A stretch of DNA of 64,000 bases from an uncultured Verrucomicrobiae bacterium (GTDB taxonomy: Bacteria; Verrucomicrobiota; Verrucomicrobiia; Limisphaerales; JAFGQR01), in assembly GCA_963788655.1 (NCBI GenBank), contig CAWBHS010000078.1, positions 1 through 64,000 of the forward strand, read 5' to 3'. The notes beneath the pieces were generated by a model that was not told the DNA's origin, did no database searches, and saw nothing but the letters and a program-made list of their open reading frames with translations. Positions within the stretch are counted from its first letter, which is position 1. Each line of letters starts with the position of its first letter. Both the position numbers and the translations under genes were made by a program. Of the stretch, positions 1 to 10,635 are shown piece after piece.

Positions 1-1
1 G

Positions 2-203
2 CAGGGAGCGAGACACGGCTTTTTCATCTGGACCAGCTACCGACTGAGGCGCATTTCTTTCTCAAGAAATGACTAGATTCTTTTCGTCGGTTTTGGCAAA
101 CCATGGGGATGACAAAGCCGAAAACTGCACCCGAATCGGAGCTGCTCTCCAAGGTAAGCGTCCGCCTGATCGCCGAGGACGAACGCAAGCGGTTTGATGA
201 ACC
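2..203 (+). mobile_element. Left-end remnant of a probable ISAs1-type element (DUF4338-like transposase N-terminus), truncated by IS66
   Basis: Begins CAGGG (ISAs1-like end); ORF from 103 reads ...LLSKVSVRLIAEDERKRFDE and is cut exactly at the IS66 end at 204. Confidence 0.4.
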
Positions 204-310
204 GTATCCGTCAGTGGAACAGGCAATAGGCAAGGCAGTGGCCGGCGTGGTTAACTGGGCGGGTGAACCGGCGGGTGTCGCAGAAACCAAGTGCGAAGAA
301 CTGGGAAAGT

Positions 311-1966
311 TTACCGGAGCGGCAGCGTTCGGGCCTCGTGATGCGCTTTGGCCCATTGCCGCGGCGTGAACTGCGGGATCTGGCTCTGTTTCATATCAGG
401 CAGGCGCGTCAACACGTCCTTGAGGTATTGGGCTGGATCGATCTGATAGCGGCGGCAGGTTCCCAGGATCGAGTAGATCACCGCGCTGCGCCAACCGGCA
501 TCTGGATGCCCCACAAACAAAAAGTTCTTTTTTCCTACGGCGGTCGGACGGATCGCGTTCTCCACCAGATTGGAGTCGATTTCCACTTCCCCATGCTCCA
601 CATAACCGATCAGCTCCGGCCACAGGTCCAACGTATATTGGATGGCTTTGCCCAGCAGGCTTTGCGGCAGAACCTTGGGACCGACTCGGTCCAGAGCTTT
701 GCGGATCCGAGCCAGGATCATGCGCGCTTCGGCGGCCCGTGCCGCCTGCCGCAACCGGGGGCCGGTTGGTGGTTTACGCAGCCGTTGCTCCAGGGCATAG
801 AGCAGCCCGATCTGCTTAATGAACCAAGGCGCCCGCCGGTCGTAGTTTTTGGCCTCGTTAAATTTCCGGCGCGCGTGAGCCCAACAAGCAAAGTGGATCA
901 GTTCGGGCTCTCGTCCTTGAGCTTGCAGCCCTTGGTTGCGATCCTGGACCAAGCGGCGATACACCGCATACCCGTCCGTCTGCAGCTTGCCGGTGAATTT
1001 TTTAAGAAAGGCTTCCGGCCCATCGCGCCCCCGACTGGTTTTCCATTCGAAGATCACGTTGCCCCGCGGATGGCCAAAGACCCAGAAGTATCCCTGGCAG
1101 CTACGGCCCGGACACTCCCGGTCCCAATAGCGGATCGGGGTTTCATCGGCCTGGAGATAATGGCGGTCGAACACCTCGACAATCATTTGCCGGTAGATCG
1201 GCTGGAACCACGTGGCGATCGATTCGGTCCAGTCCACCATGCTCTGGCGGGCCAGCGGGCCCTGATAGCGTTGGCGGAAAATTTTCTCCAACCGGTAAAA
1301 GGGCAGATGGTCCTCAAAACGGCTAAGGATCAGATGCGTCAAGAGGCCGACGCCCGGCAGGCCTTTTTCGATCAGGCGATTGGGCAGCGCGGCAATCAGC
1401 ACATCTTGGGGATCGGGAAAGACCAACGCCGGGACCGTGGGTGCCACTGGCGCTGCAAGCCCGGCGGCGGCCGGCACCGGTTTGCGGACAAACTTGGGCC
1501 GCACGTAATGGCGCCAGTAGAACTTGGCGGCTTCCCAGTCCAGTTCCTTGGTGACCACTTCGTCAAGCTGGCGGAATGCCTCCGGGTTGGCTTTAACCGC
1601 TTCGGGCAGCAGCACCACCCGTTGGATCGGCAGGTTATCCGGGAGGGCGCTGCGGGCCGGCTTGCGGTGGGAGTTGGGCCGCTGCGGAGCCGCCGGCGGC
1701 GTGGCCGGGGGCGGCGCCGGGGCCGCGGTCAAGCCGGCCAGGAGCAGGTCCAGTTGCTTGGGATCGATCCCTTCGTTTTTGGGGCTGCCAAAGTAGCGGC
1801 GGATCAGCGCATCAACTTTCTGGCGGAGCAGTTGGTTCTCGGAGCGCAGGGTCTGATTTTCCTGGAGCAGGGCTTGGTTCTGGGCCTGGAGAGGGGCGAG
1901 CATCTGCTCCACCTGGGCCAAGCGTTGGGCCAGGTCAGGAGGCGAGATGGACGCCGTTTTGTTCAT
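311..1966 (-). CDS. tnpC: IS66 transposase TnpC
   Basis: N-terminal coiled coil; DHLPFYR, LQADET, QTDGY, CWAHARRKF and DSNLVENAIRP motifs. Confidence 0.95.
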   Translation of the reverse strand: MNKTASISPPDLAQRLAQVEQMLAPLQAQNQALLQENQTLRSENQLLRQKVDALIRRYFGSPKNEGIDPKQLDLLLAGLTAAPAPPPATPPAAPQRPNSHRKPARSALPDNLPIQRVVLLPEAVKANPEAFRQLDEVVTKELDWEAAKFYWRHYVRPKFVRKPVPAAAGLAAPVAPTVPALVFPDPQDVLIAALPNRLIEKGLPGVGLLTHLILSRFEDHLPFYRLEKIFRQRYQGPLARQSMVDWTESIATWFQPIYRQMIVEVFDRHYLQADETPIRYWDRECPGRSCQGYFWVFGHPRGNVIFEWKTSRGRDGPEAFLKKFTGKLQTDGYAVYRRLVQDRNQGLQAQGREPELIHFACWAHARRKFNEAKNYDRRAPWFIKQIGLLYALEQRLRKPPTGPRLRQAARAAEARMILARIRKALDRVGPKVLPQSLLGKAIQYTLDLWPELIGYVEHGEVEIDSNLVENAIRPTAVGKKNFLFVGHPDAGWRSAVIYSILGTCRRYQIDPAQYLKDVLTRLPDMKQSQIPQFTPRQWAKAHHEARTLPLR

Positions 1967-2029
1967 TAACTAACAGTATTTATATATTTATATAACTGTC
2001 AATAACTTATTAGTATATTTTGCATTTTT

Positions 2030-2365
2030 TTACCGCCGATACCATCCTCGACGGGGCTGCACCTCCAAGCCGGCCAACAACGCACTCAACTCCTCGGCGC
2101 GGAGCTGGGTCGCCAGCCCCTCGCCTTGAGGCCAGCCCAGCCGTCCGCGCTCCAATCGTTTGGCGCAAATCCATAGACCGCTCCCATCCCAGGTCAGAAT
2201 CTTGAGCCGGTGGCGTTGTCGGTTGGTAAACACGTAAAGATGACCGGATAGTGGATCCTCCGCCAAGTGCTGTTGGACCCAGGCACAGAGCCGGTTGAAC
2301 GAAGCGCGCAAATCCACCGGATCCAGGGCCACAAAAATCCGCGTCGCCGGAGTGAGGGTAAACAT
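2030..2365 (-). CDS. tnpB: IS66 accessory protein TnpB
   Basis: PVDLRASFNRL...DPLSGHLYVFTNR...KILTWDGSGLWICAKRLERG. Confidence 0.95.
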   Translation of the reverse strand: MFTLTPATRIFVALDPVDLRASFNRLCAWVQQHLAEDPLSGHLYVFTNRQRHRLKILTWDGSGLWICAKRLERGRLGWPQGEGLATQLRAEELSALLAGLEVQPRRGWYRR

Positions 2366-2368
2366 CGC

Positions 2369-2713
2369 TCAACTCCTGTCCAACAACGCGGCCACCGCTT
2401 CGCGCGCGAAGTCACCTCGTAGCCGAACGGTCCAACCGTCGGGCAGACTGATCTCGGCGGCCCACGGTGTCGCTGAGGTCCAGTCGTTGCGCTGGATTTC
2501 CTGCAAGCGGGGAGCGGGAATTGGACTCTTCTTTACTGGTTTCGGGTGATAGAGCCAGTAGCGCAGGCGGCTCACGGGCAGCCCGTGTCTCTGGGCAAAG
2601 GTCCGCTGGCTTAGCCCGCTGCGACGGTAGCGCTCGATCCAGCGGGAGGATTCTGCGGGTTGGGGACCAGAAGAATTTAAAGGTTGGAGTAAGTTTTGAC
2701 GCGATGCATTCAT
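2369..2713 (-). CDS. tnpA: IS66 accessory protein TnpA (HTH)
   Basis: WIERYRRSGLSQRTFAQRHGL motif; position upstream of tnpB. Confidence 0.85.
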   Translation of the reverse strand: MNASRQNLLQPLNSSGPQPAESSRWIERYRRSGLSQRTFAQRHGLPVSRLRYWLYHPKPVKKSPIPAPRLQEIQRNDWTSATPWAAEISLPDGWTVRLRGDFAREAVAALLDRS

Positions 2714-2772
2714 CGCTCAAGGTTAAATCACCTCAGCCCCCTGTCGCTAGTGCCCCTTCCACTGACGCATAC

Positions 2773-5700
2773 GAAGGAGTTGAGTCAATCGGAACGCTCC
2801 CTCTCGGCCAAGCCGCCACTCATCCACCGTCTTTTCTTCGGCGTTGCGGAGATTGTAGTTCGTGATGGCGCCGCATTTAGCGCGGTCTATGTGTTTGCAC
2901 GAACTCGACGTGAGGCATCCCGGCGATTCCGCGGCGAACTCAAGTCCGCCGGTTACAAAGTCACGAAAATAGGGATGCCCCAGGACCACGCGGAAGCCGG
3001 TGCGATTGTCCCCGTCATCCGGGCGGTCCTCGCCACGCCACGCGGAACGGCAGAGGTACGCGCCGTTGCGCCAGTTGCCGCCCCGATTCATGCGCCAATT
3101 GCCCGTCTCCGGCCCTGTGGGATTAGTCACCGGCCCCACTGGATACATCCCATACCAATCCTGACACCATTCCACCACGTTCCCATCCATGTCGTACAAG
3201 CCCCAGGCATTGGATGCATAACTCCCTACCTCGGTCGTCCGTCCAAGATACATCCCTTCTGGATTGCCAATGGTTCCAATGACAGCGTCATATTCGGATC
3301 GCCCATCAAAACTCGCCCATCCCGAACGCAACTCATCCCCATAATGATGGGAGGTAGTTGTCCCCGCCCGACAGGCATACTCCCATTCGGCCTCGGTGGG
3401 TAAGCGATACACGTAATCCCGTCTGGCAAGCGCCCCGCCGCTCGCTCACGTTCCGTCAGCAGCGCACAATAGTTGGTCGCGTCAATCCAGGTCACCTGCT
3501 CCACAGGATGTTGCAGCTCATTCGTCACGAGACCGCCAATGCCATCACCAAAGGGTGGTGTCCCATTCCTCCAGTGACTCGGATTGCTTCCCACGACCTC
3601 CAAATACTCCCCTTGCGTCACCTCATATTTTTTTATCCAAAAGCCCCGGCTGATCGTCACTTCGTGCTGGAATTCATCACCATCACGTTGCGCCTCCGTC
3701 TCCGGGCTGCCCATCGTGAACGTGCCGGATGGGATCCAGGCCATGTTCTTCAGGTAATACGGCTGGGCATCCACGCCCACCTTGTAGAACTTGTGCTCCG
3801 CGGCGTTCGTGTCAGTCAGGCTGTCCATCCCGCCACTGCCTTGAACAGCGGTCTGTTCCGGCAGGCTCATCCAGTCCGTGCTGGCCCCCTCGAGGTCAGC
3901 AGCGCAAAAGAGCGTGTAGTGCCGGTTCGAGGAAGTTTGGAAATAGACCGAAGCCGGAGTGCCATTCAAGGCCACCTCGATGTGATCGATGCGGAAATAC
4001 GATTGCCCATTGGTCGGGTCCGTGTCCGCCTGCCATTCCTGGAAGGTCGTCTGAAAGTCGTTATCCGGGTTGCCGGACACAATGTCCGGATCAGTGGGGT
4101 CCAGGCCGTAGCGGGTGAACCAGTCCTCGGGAACTACACTGCGCAAATCGAACTCGTAAGCACCCATGTCAAAGGCGGCGAAGCCGTCGCCATTGCCATC
4201 CAGTGGGCGCGGGTTGCCATCGAGGTCAGAGGTGGTAAGGAAGCTCAGATTAGTGCCGGCGTCAATGCAGGGTGAGCCGTAGGCGAGGCGGAAGTCGCCG
4301 GCAGCAGCGTTGAGGAAGGCCGGAGCATTTGTGATGTTGGCGGTACCCTCCGTCGGCGGTGGAGTTGTGCATGAAAAATCCAAAGTCGAGTCGGAGTCGT
4401 AATTGGAACCGCGAAGGGCCGTATTATAATAGACGATACAGTTATCCAGGTCACTTTCACTGGCTCCACCACCGTTGCCATTGTCGGCCTCGTTGCCGAC
4501 CAAAGTGCAGCTACGGAGGGTGGATTCATCTGCTCCGCCACCGCCGCCAGTGCCGAGCGCACGGTTGCCGGTCAAGGTGCAGTTGGTGAGAGAGCTCAAG
4601 GCCACGCCACCGCCGGCTAAGGCTCGATTGCCATTCACGATGCAGTTGTTCAGTATGGCAGACTCAGCCCCGCCGCCATCGAAAGCCGAGTTCATGGACA
4701 GCGTACAGTGGCTGAGCGTGCTAGAACTGGCTCCGCCGCCATATCTGGAAGCCGAGTTGCCGATCAGCACACAGTTGGAGACAATCGTATTGAGCGATGC
4801 AGCCCACACCCCACCGCCGCTTCGCTCGCGGTAGGAATCCCCCGAGTTGCGCGTGGCCCCGTTGGTGAGGGTAAAGCCGCTCAAGACGGCGCCGTCGGCC
4901 AGGTACACACACCGGATCGCGCCGTCCCCATTGGTGATGCCCGGCACCTGCCAGCCGGCAATGACTGTCACTTCCGGCCCCATCAGGCTTTCCACCGTGA
5001 TCGCCTTTTCAATGGCCACCCGGTTCGTCATCGTTCCCACCACGGCACGGCCACCGGTGGCATAGACGCCGTTGGTGACCAGCACGGTATCGGTGGGTTG
5101 TGCGGCGTCCACGGCCTCCTGGATGGTGTGCGCTGCGGTAGCCCAGCTTGCGTATGGCGTGGTTGGGGCAGGGCTGTTGCTCGAGACGAAGAGTGCGCGA
5201 TGTTCGTATGCACCCATGTCGAAGGCGGCGACACCGTCTCCGTCGCCATCCAGCGGGCGCGGACGGCCGTCGAGATCGGAGGTGATGAGCGCGCCCAGAT
5301 TGATGCCAGCGTCAATGCAGGGGGAACCGTAGCCGAGATGGTAGTCGCCCGCGGCGGCGTTTTGGAAGGCCGGTTGATTGGTGAGGTTGCCCACGCCGTT
5401 CGTCGGCAGGGGCGTAGTGCAGGACTTGGTGAGAAGGCTGTTGTGGCCGTAATTGGCTCCGGCTGGCGCCGTGTTAAAATAGACGATGCAGTTATTCAGT
5501 GTCGTGGATGCCCACCCATTGCTTGAGCTGCCATTGACACCCGCTCCGCCGCCGGAACTGCTTGCCGAGTTATCCACCAGTGTGCAGTTGTTCAATGTTC
5601 CGTAAAGTGCCCCTCCGCCGTACTGAGCCGTGTTGCCCGTAAGCAAGCTGTTGACTAAGTTGCAACTGAAGGCGCCGCCGCCGTATCTGGCGCTGTTCGC

Positions 5701-6930
5701 ATTGAGGGTTCGGATTGAAGCCGTTTTCAAAGCGCACCGCCGCCGCTACGGTTATCGTCGCATCGGCCAGGAGCTGCGGGATCAGCAAGTGGTGTGCGCT
5801 CCCAGTCGCATTCGCCGCCTCATGAAACAACGGGGTTTACGGGCCATCCAACCGAAAAACTTCGTGCCCAAAACCAGCGACGGCAAAGCCAATCAGCCTT
5901 CGCCCAACCTCGTGACAGGCCAACCGCGGCCCGATCGCCCCAATCAGGTTTGGGCTGGCGACATCACCTTCATCCCCACCCAGACCGGCTGGCTTTACCT
6001 GGCGGTCGTAATCGATCTGTATTCCCGTCGCATCGTCGGCTGGAGCCTGGCTGATCACCTGCGCGCCGAACTGGTCCTGGCGGCGCTCCACCAAGCGTTG
6101 GCTTCGCGTCCGGGAATTGACCAAACCATCTTCCACAGTGATCGGGGCAGTCAATATGGCCGCACCGCCTTTCGCCGCGTGCTGGCCCGCGCGGGTTTGC
6201 GCCAGAGCATGTCGCAATTGGAAACAAAACCAAGATAAACTCCACCTCCTGAGGCTGCAGCGGAATTGGAACTTAACAAACAGTGACTTAGGGTGGTCTC
6301 ATGCGCGCCTCCGCCAAACATGGCTGAGTTGCCGTTCAGCATACAATCGCGGAGCACCCCTCCGAACACACCACCGCCATACACGCTGGCTGAATTACCA
6401 GTAAGCACGCAATTGCTCACGACCCCGCTTGCCTCACTCCATGCCGCGCCACCGCTAACAGAATCTTGATTTGCTCCATAACTATCGCTTAAGGTATGGC
6501 CATGGGTTAATGTAAACCCGATGAGGAGGGCATTATAGCCCAGGTAAACACAGCGAATGGCGCCATTGCCGTTGGTGCCACCAAAAGCTGCTGCGCCCAC
6601 GATCAGAGTCGCCTCCGGGCCGTTGACACTTTGGACGGTGATGGCCTTGTCGATGGCCACGCGATTGGTCATCGTGCCGGTCACCGCGCGGCCACCGGTG
6701 GCATAGATACCGTTGGTCACCAACACGGTGTCGGCCGATTGCGCCGCATCCACCGCGTCTTGAATGGTGTGCGCAGCGGTGGTCCAGTTTGCGTAGGGTG
6801 CCACGGGAGCGGGGCTGTCCTGCCAAACGTGGAAGGTTGCTGCCGGAAGGGTTATGGCAGTGACAACTGTGCAGCACAGCCAAACCGTCGCGAAATGGAG
6901 AAACGGCAAAATAATGCGGGGCAAAATCAT
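2773..6930 (-). pseudogene. Large secreted beta-helix (choice-of-anchor-Q-like) protein with C-terminal FGE-sulfatase/SUMF1 domain; interrupted by IS3 fragment (5710-6213) and a frameshift near 3415
   Basis: Signal-like N-terminus; repeated NCTLxGNxA..GGG units; SPCIDAG...DMGAYE; FGE motifs FTMGSP, EVTQ, RLPTEAEWEYACR, GNVVEWC, GFRVV. Confidence 0.85.
5710..6213 (+). mobile_element. Internal 504-bp fragment of the IS3 orfB, without IS ends
   Basis: Matches orfB of the copies at 7402 and 10810 except one visible substitution (RIR vs RVR). Confidence 0.9.
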
Positions 6931-7435
6931 TTTGCCCTGCTCACTCCGCGTCGGTCGCCGCCGAAGTGCCAAGGAAATCGGCGATGCAGTTTCTTTCCGA
7001 AGGTTTGTTCTCATACGACCAAGAGGATTGTATTCATCGGTTTGAGTGGTTTCGTTCCAAGGTGAGTTTAAGGAGCTGGCACACCGACGCGATAGTAAGC
7101 GGGCGGCGCTGAGGGCGCATTGGTGTCGGTGAACGTGGTCGTGCCGGCTTGGCCGGTGAGATTCGTGGCCAGTGGGAGGAAGGTCGGAGACGCTATCAGG
7201 TTGGTGCTGCGCTCCAGGAAATACTTCATGCCCGCCACGCTCTGCCAGCTCACGTTAACGTCGCCACCGGCGGGTGAAGCCTCCAACAGACGCAGCACGG
7301 ACAGCGAGTTGGTCGGATCGGTCTGGCAACGCCATTCCTGCCAGTTGTTAAGATGATCACTGTCGGAGTCCTCCGTATCCGCCAAGCCATCGGTGGATAA
7401 ATGAGATGCAACGGAATTTTGGACCATTTTCTCTC

Positions 7436-8290
7436 TTAATTTTTGCTTAATCTTTGGTGTTCAAATTGGTTGGGAGTTCGGTAGCCCAGCGCCGAGTGTT
7501 TGCGTTGATTATTGTAGTAGGCTTCGATGTATTCGAAGAGTTCGGTTTGCGCGTCTTGCGCGGTCTCAAAACAGCCGCCTTGCAGCATTTCTTTCTTGAG
7601 CGTTCCGATGAAGGATTCGGTCCAGGCGTTGTCGTAGGGATTGGCCCGGGCCGACATGCTCTGGCGCAAACCCGCGCGGGCCAGCACGCGGCGAAAGGCG
7701 GTGCGGCCATATTGACTGCCCCGATCACTGTGGAAGATGGTTTGGTCAATTCCCGGACGCGAAGCCAACGCTTGGTGGAGCGCCGCCAGGACCAGTTCGG
7801 CGCGCAGGTGATCAGCCAGGCTCCAGCCGACGATGCGACGGGAATACAGATCGATTACGACCGCCAGGTAAAGCCAGCCGGTCTGGGTGGGGATGAAGGT
7901 GATGTCGCCAGCCCAAACCTGATTGGGGCGATCGGGCCGCGGTTGGCCTGTCACGAGGTTGGGCGAAGGCTGATTGGCTTTGCCGTCGCTGGTTTTGGGC
8001 ACGAAGTTTTTCGGTTGGATGGCCCGTAAACCCCGTTGTTTCATGAGGCGGCGAACGCGACTGGGAGCGCACACCACTTGCTGATCCCGCAGCTCCTGGC
8101 CGATGCGACGATAACCGTAGCGGCGGCGGTGCGCTTTGAAAACGGCTTCAATCCGATCGCTCAATTGCTGGTCGGCAGCCTGCGTGGCCGTGGCGGTGGC
8201 CGCGTGATAAAAGCTGCTGCGCGAACAGCCCAGGGTGTGACAAACCTGCCGCACACTACTGCCGGTTTTTTGTCGCAGAGTCAGGATCAT
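7436..8290 (-). CDS. IS3 transposase OrfB (DDE/rve)
   Basis: YGYRRI, WAGDITF, HSDRGSQY, DNAWTESF. Confidence 0.95.
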   Translation of the reverse strand: MILTLRQKTGSSVRQVCHTLGCSRSSFYHAATATATQAADQQLSDRIEAVFKAHRRRYGYRRIGQELRDQQVVCAPSRVRRLMKQRGLRAIQPKNFVPKTSDGKANQPSPNLVTGQPRPDRPNQVWAGDITFIPTQTGWLYLAVVIDLYSRRIVGWSLADHLRAELVLAALHQALASRPGIDQTIFHSDRGSQYGRTAFRRVLARAGLRQSMSARANPYDNAWTESFIGTLKKEMLQGGCFETAQDAQTELFEYIEAYYNNQRKHSALGYRTPNQFEHQRLSKN

Positions 8291-8604
8291 TGCGCGTCGT
8301 TGAGTTGGGGTTTGGTTCCGAGAATAACGGCAGCCTTTTTTAAAATGTCATTCTCAATTCTGAGCTGGGCGATCTCCCGGCGGAGGCGGCGCCGCTCGTC
8401 CGCTGCGGGCTCCTCGCCTGCGGCTCGGAGCCCTGCGCTCCCGAGCGGCGCCGCCGGGGACGCTTGCCGGACCCAGCGGTAAAGGAGGTTGGCGCCAAAG
8501 CCAAAATCTTTGGCAACTTCCGGCACGGGTTTCCCCAAACTTACCAGTTCGACAGCTTGCGCCTTAAACTCTGGACTATATCTTTTTCGAGGCATTTCAC
8601 TCAT
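8287..8604 (-). CDS. IS3 transposase OrfA (HTH)
   Basis: RKRYSPEFKAQAVELV...ENDILKKA; ATGA overlap with orfB. Confidence 0.9.
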   Translation of the reverse strand: MSEMPRKRYSPEFKAQAVELVSLGKPVPEVAKDFGFGANLLYRWVRQASPAAPLGSAGLRAAGEEPAADERRRLRREIAQLRIENDILKKAAVILGTKPQLNDAQ

Positions 8605-10124
8605 GATGTTCCTTATTCTCTTATGGAGTGGTCCAGGAATTTCGCACACTTCAAAACCGTATCGCTGGAGCCAGCCGATAAACTCGCCCATGCCCGGGCC
8701 TTGGCACTCGTAAGCTCCCATGTCCACTGCTGCGCCCACGATGCGTGAGCGGCCATCTAGGTCGGTGAGGCTGAAGGCGGAGGCACTGTTCCCCGCGTTG
8801 ATGCAAGGCAAGTTGGATTGAAGGCGCAAGTTGCCCACGACCCAGTCCACAAAAACGGGTTCGTTGGTGATGTTGCCCAGACCGTTCGTCGGCAGAGGTG
8901 CGGTGCAAGAGTAGCTGAAGATGCACAAGTCCCCATAATTAGGTCTGGTCGGCGCGGTGTTGCCATAGACGATGCAGTTGGTCAGGTTTGCGCGCAAGTC
9001 TCCATATGCGCCTCCCCCTATTCCGCCGGCGAACGAATTGGCCGTGTTTCCGGTAACGGTACAGTTGACAAGATCGCAGGAGTCGGCCCCAGCGTTGTAG
9101 TCCGCTGTATTACCGACGAGGAGGCACTGCTGGAGAGTACCTGTAACGCGCGCCCGCTCCGCTGCCACCATTGGGATTTGCCGTGTTGCCGATGAGGGTG
9201 CAGCGATTTAAGGCACATTGATCCGTCCCTCCCCCATCGTAGGAGGAGTTTCCGAAGAGGGTGCAATTGTCTAACGTGGAGTCCTGCGCCCCGCCGCCCT
9301 CTTCGCCCGCATAATTTCTGGCGAGGGTGCAACGCTCCAGAATGCAATTCTCCACGCCGCCACCGTCGCCATCGGTTTTCCAGGCAGAATTGTCCGCGAT
9401 GGTGCAATCGTAGAGTCTGCAGGCGCTGGCCCCGCCGCCGAAATAAGCAGCCTGATTGTTGGTAAGTATGCAATTGTAGAGGGCGCCCCCATACACGCCG
9501 CGCACGGCGGAGCCGCCATAGACACCACCGCCGCCGCCTGAGGCGGAGTTGCCGCTGAGCACACAGTTTGTGATGACCGCGAACGACGAACACCAGGCTC
9601 CCCCGCCGTAGTCCGCGGTTCCGTTCGTCAGGGTAAATCCGTTGAGCACGGCATTGGTAATGAGATAAGCGCAACGCCCTGGTCCTTCGACGATGGTCAC
9701 CTCCGGGCCGTTGACGCTTTGGACAGTGATCGCCTTGTCGATGGCCACGCGATTGGGCGTCGGGTCATTGACCGCCCGGCCGCCCGTGGCATATACCCCG
9801 TTGGTTACCAGCACGGTGTCGCCGACCTGCGCCGCGTCCACCGCGTCCTGGATTGTGTGCGCGGCTGTGGTCCAGTTGGTGTAGGGTGCTGCGGGAGCGG
9901 GGCTGTCCGGCCAGACGTGCAACGTTGCTCCCGCAGCGGTCAAAGTGGTGAACCATCCGCAGCACAGCCAGAGCATCACTGAACGGAGGAAGGGCATAAT
10001 GATGCAGGGCAAAATCATTCTTCCAAAGCCGATTGCGGAACCGTAGCAACGGAGGTCATTCCGCTCTGAATGCTGGGGTAAGTTTCGAGCTTTCATGGGA
10101 TGTTTGGATTGTTTTAGAAATGCA

Positions 10125-10195
10125 TTTACAGAAGCAAACGAAGGGAACAAAGATTTACTTCTCCGGACTTCGTTATCTTCGTTACCTTCTGTAGA
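10125..10195. repeat. Imperfect palindrome of 9-mer units upstream of GxxExxY
   Basis: ACAGAAGCAAACGAAGGGAACAAAG ... CTTCGTTATCTTCGTTACCTTCTGT. Confidence 0.8.
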
Positions 10196-10203
10196 ATTCC
10201 CGC

Positions 10204-10605
10204 ATGCATCCATTGTTCGAAAAAGCTGAGCGAATCAGCCGCGACGTTATCGGGGCAGCCATTGAAGTGCATCGTTTGAAAGGGGCGGGGCTCATCGAGA
10301 GCATCTATGAGAAATGCCTGATACGGGAGTTAAGTTTGTGTGGTTTTAGCGCCGTGAACCAGCGACTCGTCCGTATCGAGTATAAGGGGCTGGTTTTTGA
10401 AGAACCGCTCCGGTTTGATGTGCTGGTTGAGGAATGCCTGCTGTTGGAACTGAAATCGGTCCAGGAGATTCTGCCCATCCACAAGGCGCAACTGCTCAGC
10501 TACATGAAGCTGCTGGATGTGCCGATTGGCCTGCTCATCAACTTCCATGAGCTCAAGCTGGTGGATGGCATCCACCGGATGATCCTGCCCGGAGCCAACC
10601 AATGA
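10204..10605 (+). CDS. GxxExxY protein (PD-(D/E)XK-like small nuclease fold)
   Basis: VIGAAIEVHR..GAGLIESIYEKCL, RFDVLVE, ELKSV, AQLLSYMKL, GLLINF. Confidence 0.93.
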   Translation: MHPLFEKAERISRDVIGAAIEVHRLKGAGLIESIYEKCLIRELSLCGFSAVNQRLVRIEYKGLVFEEPLRFDVLVEECLLLELKSVQEILPIHKAQLLSYMKLLDVPIGLLINFHELKLVDGIHRMILPGANQ

Positions 10606-10635
10606 CCCGGAATCCCACTGAGAATCCCCCAGGAG

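Larger units (their letters stand above)
204..2772 (-). mobile_element. IS66 family insertion sequence (2569 bp)
   Basis: Terminal IRs GTATCCGTCAGTGGAA (204-219) / TTCCACTGACGCATAC (2757-2772) enclose tnpA-tnpB-tnpC; 8-bp flanks differ (GATGAACC vs GAAGGAGT). Confidence 0.92.
7402..8653 (-). mobile_element. IS3 family element, copy 1 (1252 bp)
   Basis: TG...CA ends with imperfect IRs (TGAGATGCAACGGAATTTTGGACCA / TGGTCCAGGAATTTCGCACACTTCA); 3-bp AAA target duplication. Confidence 0.95.
7068..10018 (-). pseudogene. Secreted beta-helix (choice-of-anchor-Q-like) paralogue interrupted by IS3; frameshift near 9170
   Basis: N-terminus paralogous to the gene starting at 6930 (AAHTIQDAVDAAQ..DTVLVTNG); removing the IS and AAA duplication restores ...RYG-LSTDG...; ends TDTN..AYYRVGVPAP. 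Confidence 0.85.

Noticed and set aside
154..164. GTAAGCGTCCG as the IS66 end
   Set aside because: No matching partner; the true IR pair is 204-219 / 2757-2772; it lies within the upstream coding remnant.
263..1969. Long antisense ORFs (also 33969-35474, 49146-50477, 61995-63473)
   Set aside because: Shadow frames of well-supported genes in GC-rich DNA.
2970..3760. FGE/C-type-lectin-fold domain as a DGR target
   Set aside because: No reverse transcriptase or adenine-variant template repeat seen in the window.
8287..9171. Apparent fusion of beta-helix protein to IS3 OrfA
   Set aside because: Chance in-frame read-through across the insertion junction.
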